Source: Chlorokybus atmophyticus | Taxonomy: Eukaryota; Plantae; Mesostigma and Chlorokybus algae | Reading direction: 5' to 3' | DNA: 42,692 bases | NCBI GenBank assembly: GCA_009103225.1 | Contig: RHPI01000330.1 | Coordinates: 81,347 to 124,038 of the forward strand | Shown here: positions 11,230-23,039 of the stretch, one piece after another | How positions within the stretch are numbered: the first letter of the stretch is position 1 | Layout: each line of letters opens with the position of its first letter | Position numbers and translations under genes: made by a program | The notes under the pieces: model-generated | What the model was told of the DNA's origin: nothing | Databases searched by the model: none | The model's input: only the letters and a program-made list of their open reading frames with translations

Positions 11230-14200
11230 ATGGAGGCGACCTACGACAAGGGGCAGATTGCAAAGCTGGACACCGACAACTACAACACATGGTGCGTGGA
11301 GATGAAGGCCTTGCTCATCCACAAGAAGGTGTGGAAGTACGTTGATCCGAAGGCACCACCACCAACACCAGGAGCGAACACTGTGTGGTCAGAGCATTCA
11401 GCAGAAGCACACTCTTTGCTTGTGTTGAACAGCAAACCGCATCACTTTCCCATGCTCACTGCATGTGAAGATGGTAGACAAGCTTGGGAAAAGCTATCAG
11501 CCGTTTTCAGAGCTAAGAACAATGCCAGAAAGTTGCATCTACGCAAGCAGCTCAGCGCACTCAGGAAGGAGGCAGCGGAACCCATCACCAAGTATGTTGC
11601 GCGCGCGAGAGAGCTGTGGGCGGACCTCATCAACGTCGGCCACAACATGGGGGAGACGGAGGTAGTGCTGGCCATTGTTGCAGGGCTACCAGCAGAGAAC
11701 GAGGTCGTCGCAACCCTGCTGGAGACGTCATCGTCGAAGTTGACATTGGACGATGTGCTACCGAAGCTGCTCACCGTGGAGCAGAGGGTTGTGATAAAGG
11801 ACGAGCAAGCGGATGCCGTCGCCTTCTACACCGGCAAGCATGCAAAGAAGAGCAACCATGAAAAGAAGTACAAGGGCAACAAGCCAGGCAATCCTCGTCA
11901 CAAAGACCTCACATGCCACTGGTGTGGTTGGAAGGGGCACATTGTAAAGGACTGTAGGAAGAAACAACAGGGGCAACTTAGAGCAAGCACCAGCAACAGC
12001 GGCAACGAGCACCAACACAAGGAGAAACATGTCGCCTTCACTGCATCCAGTTCGAGGGCGAGCACAGCTTTCTGGGTGGTGGACTCTGGCTGCGATCGTC
12101 ATCTCACAACAAACAAGGAGATGATGGAGGGCTACAGGAAGCTGACGTCTGCAATCAAGGTGGCGGGCTTCGGTGGCGAAGTACTGATGGCTGAGGGAGT
12201 TGGCAACGTACGACTCCAGTGCAAGGTTGGTAACACACTACGCGAGGTATTGTTACGCAACGTCCTGCATGTTCCTAAGGCTATTGCGAGTCTATTCTCT
12301 GTGAGGGTTGCGGAGCGCTTAGGCGCGGAGATCCTATTTCGGAAGGGTGGCTGCTCAATCATCCTTGATGGGGTCGTGCACATGGTTAGAATCGCTGATC
12401 CGGGAGGGCTCTACCACGTGAAGCACCCTCAGGACATTGACATTCAAGCCATGATGGTGAAGGACAAGGAGTCGCCAACATTGTGGCATCGAAGGTTCGG
12501 GCATCTCAGCTACGTCAACCTCACTCGCCTTGTTGCTGAGAAGATGGTCAAGGGCATCCATCTCAGCACTGAAGAACTCAAGAATGCATCAGGTGCACTT
12601 TGTGAACCATGCCTGGTTGCAAAGCAGCATGCTATGCCATTCTCATCATCCTCTTCAAGCAGTCAGCATCCTTGCGAGCTTGTGCACATGGATGTCTGTG
12701 GCCTTATGCGCATTGTGGCGAAGGGAGGAATCAGGTACTTCGCTACATTCCTCGACGACTGCAGCAAGCTATCCGTCATCTTTCCATTGACACTGAAGTC
12801 AAAAGTTGCTGGAGCTGTGCGCACAGTTGTGGCCTTGTTGGAGACCCAGTCTGGCAACAAGATGAAGGCAATGAGGAGTGATCGAGGAGGGGAGTACATC
12901 AACAAGGAGTTGAAGGAGTTCTTCGCCAGCAAGGGCATACGCCACGAGACAACCGCACCCTACACCCCGCAGCAGAATGGAGCAGCTGAACGCCTCAACA
13001 GGACACTCATGGAGCGTGTTCGAGCCATGCTCAACGACACAAAGATGGATGATAGTCTGTGGAAGGAGGCGGTACTCACTGCCAAGTACATCCGCAACAG
13101 GTCTCCGGTGAGCTCAGAGCAGAAGACTCCGTGGGAGCACTTCTATGGAGCCACACCAGATGTGAGTGATATACGTGTGTTTGGATGCACGGCATATGCA
13201 CTAGTGCCTAAACAGCTCAGGCACAAGCTGGAGCCGGTCAGCAAGAAGGGCATCTTCGTTGGCTATGAACCGGGTTCCAAGGCTTATAGGATCTTGCTCG
13301 AGGACACTCAGAAGATCATTGTAAGCAGAGAGGTGGTTTTTCACGAGGGATTATCACAACCAGAAGCAGGCTTCTTTCCTGAAGATGAAGCACAGCCGGA
13401 GCATCCTGAAACAGTGGAGGCTACAGGCAAGGCCATCATCAACAACAAGGGTGAGCAGGACTCAGCTGTAGCAGGCCAAGAGGAGCCGTACCAACAGCAG
13501 GAGCACGCAGCTCGGAGATACCCAGTGAGGGAGAGAAAGACACCTGACTTCTTATACAAGGCACACGTCGCCAGTATGCACAATGAGGAGCTAAGCACCT
13601 ACGAGGAGGCATTGTTAGCACCAGATGCGGAGCAATGGCAGCGTGCTATGGACGAGGAGATTGCGTCACTCCATGGCAACAACACTTGGTCACTGGAGCA
13701 GATTCCGCCAGGAGTAAAGACCATTCCAGTGAAATGGGTCTTCAAGGTGAAGCGTGATGGTCACGGCAACATTGAGCGCTACAAGGCAAGATCGGTGGCA
13801 AAGGGGTTCTTGCAGCAGGAAGGTGTGGACTTTAACGAAGTGTTTGCACCTGCAAGTAAGCATACCACCTTCCGTGCACTGCTAGCTATGGTTGCTGCTG
13901 AAGACCTAGAGCTGCATCACCTGGATGTGAAGACTGCCTTCCTCTACGGAGAGCTGGAGGAGGAGATCTTCATCGAGCAACCACCTGGATATGAAGAAGG
14001 GGAGAGAGGCACAGCGTGCAAGCTGATCAAGGCACTGTACGGGCTGCGACAGGCACCGCGTATGTGGCACATCAAGCTCACCAAGGAGCTGGAGGCACTT
14101 GGCTTCACCGCATCCTCTGCAGACCCTGGGCTCTTCATCCATGCAGACAACAAGGTCTGGCTGCTCGTGTATGTTGATGATATCATCATCACCGCCAGGC

Positions 14201-15118
14201 AGGTGCACCACCTGCAAGAGAAGAAACTTGCTCTACAGCAAGCATTCTCAGTTCGTGATCTTGGAGAGGCCAAGTGGTTCCTTGGCATGGTGATTGAGCG
14301 CGACAGGGCGGCTCGCACAATCAAGATCAGTCAGGAGCAGATGGTGAGAAGACTCGTCACCAAGTTTGGGCTCACTGAAGCGAAGACCAAGACCACACCG
14401 TTGGCACTTGGCACTGCCCTCATCAAGGCAAAGGATGAGGAGGTACTCGACAAGGCTCAGTATTCATATGGTGAGCTGGTAGGCAGCATGCTCTATCTGG
14501 CAGTGTGCACACGTCCCGATGTTGCACATGCTGTGGGAGTACTTGCTCGCTACATGTCTGCACCGAGCATGGAGCACTGGAGAGCAGCAAAGGGAGTACT
14601 ACGCTATGTTGCTGGGAGCGCAACAGTTGGCATCAAGTTTGGGAGCGGGAGCACTAAGTTGGAGGGCTACTGCGACTCGGATCTTGCTGATGACCAACAG
14701 CAGGAGGTCCACTACAGGCTACGTCTTCAAGCTGAACGGAGGCATGGTGAGCTGGAACAGCAGGCTGCAGCCAACAACAGCAGCATTTACATCAGAGGCT
14801 GAGTACATGGCAGCGGCAGCAGCAGTGAAGGAGGCACTCTGGCTTCGCAAGCTCATGGCAGACTTGGAGCACCCCATGGCGTGCATCGTCATCAACTGTG
14901 ACAACCAAGGAGCCATCAAGTTGTTGAAGCACCCTATCGCCTCGGCAAGGACGAAGCACATTGATGTCATGCATCACTTTGTGCGTGACAGAGTCACAAG
15001 GAAGGAGGTGGAGTTCCAGTACTGCAACACTGAGGGCATGCTGGCGGACTTCATGACAAAGCCATTGTCACCGCTCAAGTTCAAGACTTGTTGCGCAGGA
15101 CTTGGCATCTGTGTTTGA
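11230..15118 (+). pseudogene. gag-pol: copia-1 gag-pol, frameshifted in RNase H at about 14695
   Basis: CHWCGWKGHIVKDC knuckle, VVDSGC protease, LWHRRFGH, integrase D..D..E (HMDVCG, RSDRGGEY, NGAAER), RT YVDD. Relative to copia-2, gacctcaac is gaccaac (2-bp loss). Confidence 0.93.
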
Positions 15119-15160
15119 CTACAGGAGCAAGCGTTGGAGGTCAAGCTGCTCGCGTGGGAG

Positions 15161-15585
15161 TGTTGAGAGTCATTCCTACATACGATCAGCATCGACCCTC
15201 CACACAGGAGTAGAAGGTCGTAAGGATGAGCACTAGGTCCGGACTTAGCAAGATAGCGTCGTCGGACCAGACTCCGGACTCCAGACTGGAGCCTTACTAA
15301 CTGCTTCGTATCTCCGCGTATACTTACTCATATTAGGCGTGTAAGAGCTTGTTGAAAAGCTCTGGTTGTAAGGAAGACAACACCGCTTAGAGCGCGTCAA
15401 AAGGCTGAGTACAGCTTACGCAGTGGTTGCAAACGTAGACGTGTGTGTAACTGGCTGGTATAAGAACCAGTGGACAAGTTGTAATAGATGAATGTGATGT
15501 GACTTGTGTATGCTCTGGTGGCGGTAGCTCTGTTTCTGTGTGTCTATGCTTGCCTCAACTACATGTGCATGCTAGTCCTTCAACA
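15161..15585 (+). repeat. 3' LTR of copia-1 (425 bp)
   Basis: TG..CA termini, preceded by the short purine tract gtgggag and followed by TSD GAACC. Confidence 0.96.
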
Positions 15586-16076
15586 GAACCTTCTCTCAAC
15601 TCATGTCCGCGCCTGAACCTTCTCGAGTCTTTGCCTGGAACCTTCTGGCGGCTATTCCTATGTAGAGGGCAAGCTGACCGATTGACCTATTGACCTGAAT
15701 GTAGGAATATCCTCAACACGGAGCTGGAGCCTCTAGTGTTTGGGGAAGGCATAGAGCTCCGCATGTCCGGAGGTCAGTTGTTTTCTGTGAAGGTTTGCTC
15801 TGAATGCCTTGTGTGTAGATCGGTAACTGTTCAGGTGAAACTAGCCCGTATTCATGCATATAGCAAGCTTTGCTAGCCCTCAAGGTGTTGTTGCTGCTGG
15901 TCAGTGTTGCTATTGTTGCAAGTCAGTTGATATCACGCTACTTGCCGAGTTGTCACGTTACTTGACATAGATGGCTTGCTGTTCAGCTGAATTCAGCTAG
16001 TCTTCATGTATATCCAGCTGTTTTTACTACTGGTTAGTGGTGCCACTGTTGGTCAGTTACTGTTTGTCAAGCTGGA

Positions 16077-16390
16077 ACACTGGACAGTGCCTATGAGTCC
16101 TTAGGTCTCAGCAATGGATTGCATAAGTCGTAGACACTGGACAGTGCCTATGAGTCCTTGGGTCTCAGCAATGGAACGCATACGTCGTAGACGTTGACAA
16201 CAGTGCCTATGAGCACTTAGAAGCAATGGATTGCATATCTCGTAGACACTGGACAGTGTCTATAAGTCTTTAAGTCACAGCAATGGAGTGCATAAGTCGT
16301 AGACACTAGACAGTGCCTATGAGTCCCACGGTCTCAGCTATGAAAATGCATAAGTCGTAGAGTATCTTGGACGGTGCCAGCTTATGAGAC
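16077..16390. repeat. 57-bp minisatellite, about 5.5 copies, in a probable intron of gene Q-A
   Basis: Unit acactggacagtgcctatgagtccttaggtctcagcaatggattgcataagtcgtag at 16077, 16134 and onward. No unique spacers. Confidence 0.92.
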
Positions 16391-18500
16391 CAAAGCAGCT
16401 TTTTGGACATGTGGACATCCTTATAACTTTTGCTTGGCAGAGCACATCTGGGCATATTTTCATACAACGCCAATGGACTTATCGGAGGGGCGTTAAAGAA
16501 GAACGAGGTGAACGCCAAGGACAATCCAGGGAGCAGCGGGTCCAGCTCCATGCGCATGCTCGAGAAGCAGCGTGAACTGCCAAACACGGCACAGCTGCTC
16601 GCCGCCGGTCTGCAGGGTGGGGCACAGTTTTCAGCCCTGACGACTACAGCCCTTCGCAGACGGTCGTTCTGTGGTGCCCCTTGAGCGACGGGCCCCTTCC
16701 AGATGACGTGCTGCGGGCTACTTGGCTCAAATTCAGGTAAGGACTGTGTGCGCGCATGTATGATTGCAACCCTGAACTATGACAACTCCACTAGAAGTGA
16801 AGCAAGCTGAATGTACAGCTGTTGTGTTGTGTTATCTAACACGATGCCTGTTCATGAGGTGCAGACATGCAGACGATTACAACCGAGACAAAGTCTTTGA
16901 CGTCGATGTGCAATCCTCAAGTCGTGAAGACCCATGTGTGCCCGTGGCCATTGCCACCATCCTTGAGATTGCTGAGGTGGATGAGTTCTGCCGCACATAC
17001 AGCGTGCAGATCATTAATTGGCTGCCAGTGTTTTGTGTGGAGGACGACAGCGTGCGGCCGTTTATACCTATCAGGTCGCAAAGGCTCATGCATGGCAAGA
17101 CACCGGATCATTACACGCGCGCCGAGATGGAGGTAAGTTGGTGATTGTCAGTCACGCACAGTCTATGCTTTTGTCACTGCATATCATCAAGTGCGAGACA
17201 TGCGTCGCGTGTAGCTGGCTAAAGTGTGCACATGTGAACCGCCTATGACACTGACAATTAATGGAGTGCAGAGCGTGACGATTGAGTGGCCACTTATGTT
17301 CATGAGCCAGATGGGCACCTGCGTCTGTGAAAACGGTGAATGCAGCTTCAATACGCACGTCCTGATGGGGGAATGCCAGGCGAGAGTATTTGAAGAACTG
17401 AACACCAATGCGCAGCAAGACGATCAGGTTTGTCAGCTATGTGCGCGCAATTTCTTGTTTCAAGTGCTTGCTGGTTGTGCTGATGATGTGCCCATGCAGG
17501 ACCGCGAGGTTTCAGTGGATGATGAGAAGCTGGAGATGCTGGCGGCTATGTGCAGTGGCACTGAGCAAACACCTAATAGGGCGCAGGTTGGCCGGCAATG
17601 GGAATTCTGGCGGAAGAAGCAGGTGGCGCTGATGGAGAGCGTGGCACCTCTTCCCTTTCGAGACCAAGCCCGGATGGACATCATTACAACACAGCGTATC
17701 ATGCAAGCGGTTGTGCAGTTTGCAATGAAGAAGAAGTGGCCGGGCGAAGACCCAACGCAGGGTGGTCAGCTGGGCTGGATAAACACGAGAAAACGGCCAG
17801 GTATGTTTTGAGCTTATAGACCGCTCATAGGCTTGGTAGCTGTGACCAATGCACAGTGTCACAATGCAGTTTATAGGGTATGCTCGTAAGCTGGTAAGCT
17901 GTAAGCTAATAGTGCCATGTACGAGCAGTCTGTTCTCTGTGTATGTGATTTTACACATTCGCCACTCATTGTGAATGCAGGCATGCCGGATGAAAGTGAA
18001 ACGCCTGAGCCCAAGAGGTTCCGCTTCATGGGGCGATGGGAGCCATCAGGACGGCATCCTCCAAATGGTAGGTATCAGAGATGTGCAAAGTTGCAACTGT
18101 TGCATGTTGCTACTGTCACGTGTCTATTCTTTAAGAAATGTACATTGTGTTCAACAGTTGCGGTGTTGCTCATATGCAGTGTGCGCGCGCAGTGTCTACG
18201 ACAATCTGTTGTTGGCGCACGCGGCGTGCACTCGTTCATCTGAAAGGCCGTCTACAATTGCAAGTATGGAGCAGAGTATGGAATGAAGGAACGTGTGCGT
18301 GCAGTGCCGAGATCACGTGGTGTGCGCAGCATGCGCTCAGTCTCATCATAGGCAGGCTATGAGCGCTGGTGATCTTAGTAGCTATGAAAACACTGCTGTA
18401 GTTAGCATAGATGTTTGACACTTTGCAGGTCTCGCTGATTGCCAGACACGCATTATATAATAGAATGGGTTACCGTGAATTGCTGGTGCATGGGTCATAG

Positions 18501-19046
18501 ACCAGCATTGGTGTCGGATGTCAGCGGGTGTCGTGCACCAATGCTGGTCCCTGGATGCAAGCATGGACCAATGTAGTGAGATTCGGCTGGTGCAAAGAAA
18601 TGGTTGGGTGTGGACCAGGCATGGTCCCGCCAGCAGAGCCATGGTTGGTCCCACTAGTCGGAACCATCCTTGCAGACCATCTGGGCTAGACATTAAGATA
18701 CAAGTAGACCATGCATGGTCCCACAGTGCGAACCAAGGATGGTCCTGCTACTCGGGACCAGTAGTGGTGATGCTTTTGACAAAACTGTACGAAGAGCGGA
18801 CCATCCTTGGTGCATGCAGCAACACGCATGGCAGACCAGCATTGGTCCCATTGCGCTCGTCATGATAACAGCAACCCGGGCTGGCCCGGTTTTTTTGGGG
18901 ACCGTGGGACAATTACGTACTGTTTGGACCAGCCCTGGTCCCCGCGTGCAGACCAAGGCGGGCGACCCTGATCCGGACCCCAAGCCGCCCAAGCGTTTTG
19001 GCCCTGGTCCATACGTGCGGACCAGGGCTGGTCCATGGAAAAAATT
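18501..19046. repeat. Cluster 2 of ACCA-N4-TGGT (right end of unit A)
   Basis: About 10 perfect copies with variable 4-nt spacers (gcat, atgc, ggca, tgca, agga, gtag, tcct, gcat, gccc, gggc). Confidence 0.9.
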
Positions 19047-19673
19047 CCGTGTGCAGCCTTCGGCTCCCAACAAGAGTAGCTGAGTGCCTTCCTTCGCTTG
19101 GTAATGCGTGCATTTGAAGAGGTTGAAGGGGACACTCTGATGTTCGCATCAAATGCCTGAGGCATCATCGACACAATTATCGGATCCTTAAGACAACAGA
19201 TGCTGAGAGTCATTGATCAAATGCCCATGCCTCGAGTCAATGAGTTCCATGACCACTACCATCAGCCTACTGCCACGTGGGACGCTACGCTGGTCACCGA
19301 AGCCGCTCACGCACTCCGCTTCAATTCTTGGCTTGGGAGAACTAGACAAGCGCGCCTACCCTCGCCAAGCAGCTGGAGGGCCCGGCCCACACCGACGAAA
19401 CAAAGGCCATCCATTGCCGTCATTAGCAGCTGGTGGAGCATGATCATCCCAGCCACCATCACAACCGGGTGGCGCGCCCGGCGCTGGTTCGCCACAGCAA
19501 CCATCATCAAGTGGATCATCAGACATAGGCAAGCGCACAGCCATGGCAGCACATCGCACCATTGCCTTTGCCTCCACACCATTCTCTGCCTCCGCACCGC
19601 ACCGTGCTCATGATCGACTTAGCGTTTCAGCTGACGATGTAATTATTGCCAACCAAGGCAAGCACGTGCACTC

Positions 19674-20000
19674 GTCGATGGCAGAGCACCAAAGAGAGTA
19701 CCGCTGGACACTGGCGCACAGCCCGTGATCATAGGCAAGCACCTCACGCGCACCCTCGGCATCACAACAACTGACCTGCGCCCATACCCGTACTCTCTCA
19801 GCATTCTGCTCGAAACTGAGCAGCAAGCACTTGGCATCATAGTGCGTGCCATCCCCATTACCCTGGTAGGACTCGACCCTGCTCACACCACCTCGATGGA
19901 CTGACACTGTGTGGTTATGGGCTCCCGTAATTATAACTTGGTCCTCCGGCAGGAGTTCAAATTTCATGTTGGCATCGAGGTGCTGGCTAGATATACTAGT
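19674..20000 (+). pseudogene. Retropepsin aspartic protease domain
   Basis: VDGRAPKRVPLDTGAQPVIIGKHL (DTGA at 19707-19718) ... VVMGSRNYNLVLRQEF, with an internal TGA. Confidence 0.82.
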
Positions 20001-20337
20001 TTCGGCCCACCTGGTACATCGGCAGCAGCATCGCTGCAAAACTCCATGTCACCATAGTTGTGACAGACCGCGCCAACACATGCATTGCATCGGTAACAGT
20101 CCGCGTCGAAGGCTTTGACCGCATCCCTTTCAACGATGCCCAGCAACCAGCCGGTGTCAAGGTGGCTCTGTAGGACCCCACGCATTGCCGACAGCAAGCC
20201 GTCATCACTGCCAACTCCCAGCTGCACACACGATGCTTCCCAAAGTTCTTAGCCTATCGCGATTTAAGGTGGGTACGCGAACAGCATCGTGTGACTACCG
20301 GCATGGTAGAGTTCCACACATTCAGGCATAGACTAGC

Positions 20338-20682
20338 ATCACACCGTTTGAACTCTTTGATACCATTGGCAGTGACCTCACCGCTGTCCTCAACGCAAGC
20401 ATCACGGTCAATCAGTAATATTGCGACCCTGAACACACGCGCAGACCGCGCCGAAGCACCACCTCCAATTATTGCATAAACACTACCGCGAGCAACTGCC
20501 ACTATCCGCACTCAATGGCAGCCTCCGCGCTCTGCCGCAGAACATCCGCCTCATCTCAAAGGATCATTCGCTCTCGCTTGGCAACATAGACTTGCTTATT
20601 GCAGGCTGAGAATGTTAAGGCCATTGCAGAGTTGGAATTAGGGTTGAAGGATCCGCGCTCCACGTTGTTCCGAGAGCTGCTG
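20338..20682 (+). pseudogene. C5 cytosine DNA methyltransferase, N-terminal half (motifs I-V)
   Basis: ITPFELFDTIGSDLTAVL (degenerate motif I, FxGxG), YCDP (motif II region), IDLLIAG*EC*GH (motif IV, catalytic Cys at 20613-20615), GLKDPRSTLFRELL (20641-20682). Confidence 0.85.
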
Positions 20683-22185
20683 TTTGTCATCACTGATAAG
20701 ATTGGCCCCCCAACAGTCTCGCTTTGACCACAACTTCATTGGAGATTTAGCCATGACTTAATTGAGTATCTTCTAGCAACCGAAGTACTGGTTTCTACCT
20801 CTTTTCCTACCTTAGTCACAACTTGGTTCGGTATTCAGCAACCATAAAGGTGCAGTAGATGGCGTGCATTGTTTGCAGTATCGTACCGTCTTTTCTTGAA
20901 CTTGAAATTACTACTAGTCACATCCCAAATTAATGTCTGGTTAAATCACACGTTGAGGAGATTCAAATCGATGCGCGATATGACCAGATATATTATGGCC
21001 GCAGGTCGTCAAAAAATGGAAAATGTCGCACTGGTAGGCAGGTCACTATGGCATCGCCGAGTCTCAAACATGTGTGGGTAAGACGGCCGGATTTGCAAGT
21101 AACGCCTTACGACTTTCTCACTGACCAAGTCGACTATGATAGCACAAACACACGGCCGATTGCTTTCAAACATATTATAAAATATAGCTGCCTCAATTAT
21201 CACGTGATGCACTTTATTTCTCACGCACCAACCGCTGCAGCGGTAGCCACTACTGCCCGGCGGTAGGTACATTTAGCTAGACATATATGTATGTATACAT
21301 ATACTAACTACGCGGTACATGTACGTATAGATATACCTATGATATATATAGACATGTATATATATATTTATATACATATATCGCCTTTGATATTGTTTTA
21401 TATATGTGTACACATATAGGATGTATATACATGCATGGTACCGGTAGCTTCAATATGTGGGTGACTTGGGGATAACAACTTTGTGCAACCTGCCATGTAA
21501 CCAATTATACTGCTAGCTTCGGCGGCAGATATTTGCATTAAGCTGCCTGCGTCACCTACGTGAGTAAGGTTGGTGGCGGTGAGTTGAGGAAGCTTTAAAT
21601 ATGTCACGTAAGTGAAATGAGTCATGTGCAGTACTTTTTGATGTTATATATGCTTAGCAGCCTGCTCGCAGGCCGCGGGGCAAACCATATATAGGCCGCG
21701 GGGTTAAACTTGGCAATGATGACGTTGTAAAGTTATTAGGGTTTGTAACAGTGCAACGTAATGATTGTGACACACACCTTGCTAAGTATACATTCTCATA
21801 TCATTAACGGAACCAGTGACAACGCTAATGAAGATGTGTACATCTTTGCATGCAACGTCAATGTATTGTAAACTTGTCGCGGCCCCAGTTGCATTGGGGA
21901 TTTAAGCATTGTTAATCAACTGGGCACAACTGTAACCATTCACACAAGTCTTTCCCGCGACCTTAACCCTTGCTGGTTGTAACGCTGAATCCTTAAATGT
22001 GTTAAGGATTCGATACATACATTGTCGCCGGTTGATTGCCGGTTTGTGACAAGTCGTGACAAAGTCACAATTCACACAACTTTATTCAAGAATCCGCCAA
22101 AATCTGCCCGAATCCTCAACAAAGAATGCGCCAAAGCCTTAATAAAGTTATAGATCTAGCCATAACTGAAAAATTCCATTTCTAC
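20683..22185. other. About 1.5-kb AT-rich insertion splitting the methyltransferase
   Basis: The protein reads FRELL then RCIHLLQHH*VAKPLAYILENV once this block is removed. It contains a TA-rich tract at about 21283-21430. No TIR or TSD resolved. Confidence 0.75.
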
Positions 22186-22831
22186 CGTTGCATTCACCTT
22201 CTGCAACATCACTAGGTTGCCAAACCATTGGCCTACATTTTGGAGAATGTTTAATCTGAGGATGACAACCTGCTCAATGTGAGGGAGAACTTCCACCACA
22301 TCTGCTCTATGCTGGAACACCTTGTGCGCATCAACGCAGCACATCACGGGGCACGCACCAAGTGGACGAACCTGACTACTGTGGCAGAATTGTTCACTGT
22401 GGAATACTGGTTTCGCACACGACCTTACATTAGATGCTATTCTTGACTTTGATCGCAAAGCACAACCGGTCACTCGTCTTGACCACGCACGCTTCTATCC
22501 ATGCACCCAGCCCGACCAACCTCGCGCACTGCCCACATTGATGTCATACCCTGGCTCCTTCTACGCCTTCCACAATGGAGGGGAGGGCATGGTATGGGAC
22601 AGCACCACATGTCGGCTAGAAGAAATCGAGCGCGAACACGCCATGGGTTTCTGCCCAGACATTGTTTTTGCTCCCAACCTTAGCAACAATTACCAACGAC
22701 AGCTGCGAGGTCGCGCCATGGATCTAACTAGCATAGTGTGGTTACTTGAGACGTGTTTCGCCATGCAAGATCGTTATATGTCTCCTGAGGACTTTAAACA
22801 CATGACTGAGGGGTGGATCAATCGCCTTTAA
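22186..22831 (+). pseudogene. C5 cytosine DNA methyltransferase, C-terminal half (motifs VI-X)
   Basis: PLAYILENV (ENV at 22243-22251), VRINAAHHGARTKWTNL (motif VIII remnant), ALPTLMSYPGS, EREHAMGF (motif IX), QRQLRGRAMDLTSIVWLL (motif X). Confidence 0.87.
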
Positions 22832-23039
22832 CACGTCTCTGCTTACACAGCACTCAAGACTGCTCGCATAAACAAGCACGCAGCAGTCACGGTTGAAGAC
22901 ATCCCCGGGGTTATGGTGTGATCCCAATAAGTGGCACTGGCCTTTACGGGGATGTCTTCAACCGTACACCATAAGCCCCCTCGCCACCAAAACCACTCGT
23001 AATTAGCTGGAGGCCTTGTTGAGCAGGTGGAGAGCACAA

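Larger units (their letters stand above)
9781..15585 (+). mobile_element. Ty1/copia LTR retrotransposon copia-1, with an internal LTR-PBS-gag duplication and a frameshifted RNase H
   Basis: LTRs at 9781-10211 and 15161-15585, TSD GAACC (9776-9780 and 15586-15590), PBS GGTTATGGGCCCA, gag-PR-INT-RT-RH order. Confidence 0.97.
9398..15718 (-). mobile_element. Older solo LTR of a related copia family (about 511 bp: 9398-9780 plus 15591-15718), interrupted by copia-1
   Basis: Termini TGTTGA..TCAACA, TSD CGGAG (9393-9397 and 15719-15723). Patchy similarity to the copia-2 LTR (ttatacc.gccag.tacaca; gcgctctaag; atgtaggaata..ctcaaca). No internal coding sequence. Confidence 0.85.
9128..18067 (+). pseudogene. 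Unknown multi-exon gene Q (unit A), first exon split by the nested LTR insertion 9398-15723
   Basis: The reading frame ..FCEELEPE (to 9397) resumes as LEPLVFGEGIEL (from 15724) once the insertion and one CGGAG copy are removed. Later segments RATWLKFR, DKVFDV..ATI..RTY..WLPV, EWPLMF and LPFRD..AVVQFAMKKKW match unit B gene Q. Confidence 0.65.
1481..19046. mobile_element. Putative multi-gene element, unit A: gene P fragment (+), coiled-coil genes (-), SET gene (-), gene Q (+), ACCA-N4-TGGT array; boundaries approximate
   Basis: Gene order and orientation match 29.8-40.6 kb, with peptide-level homology. Bracketed by ~160-bp direct repeats. No TSD, TIR or transposase identified. Confidence 0.5.

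Noticed and set aside
16077-16390. CRISPR-like array
   Set aside because: Units are head-to-tail 57-bp repeats with no unique spacers, there are no cas genes and the context is eukaryotic.
18440-19060. Assignment of units A and B to CACTA, Helitron or Polinton
   Set aside because: No CACTA termini, no TC..CTRR ends with Rep/helicase, and no protein-primed polymerase, integrase or capsid motifs were found.
19307-20229. Minus-strand ORFs with apparent motifs such as GCDGGW
   Set aside because: They are antisense shadows of the + strand gypsy gag/protease region.
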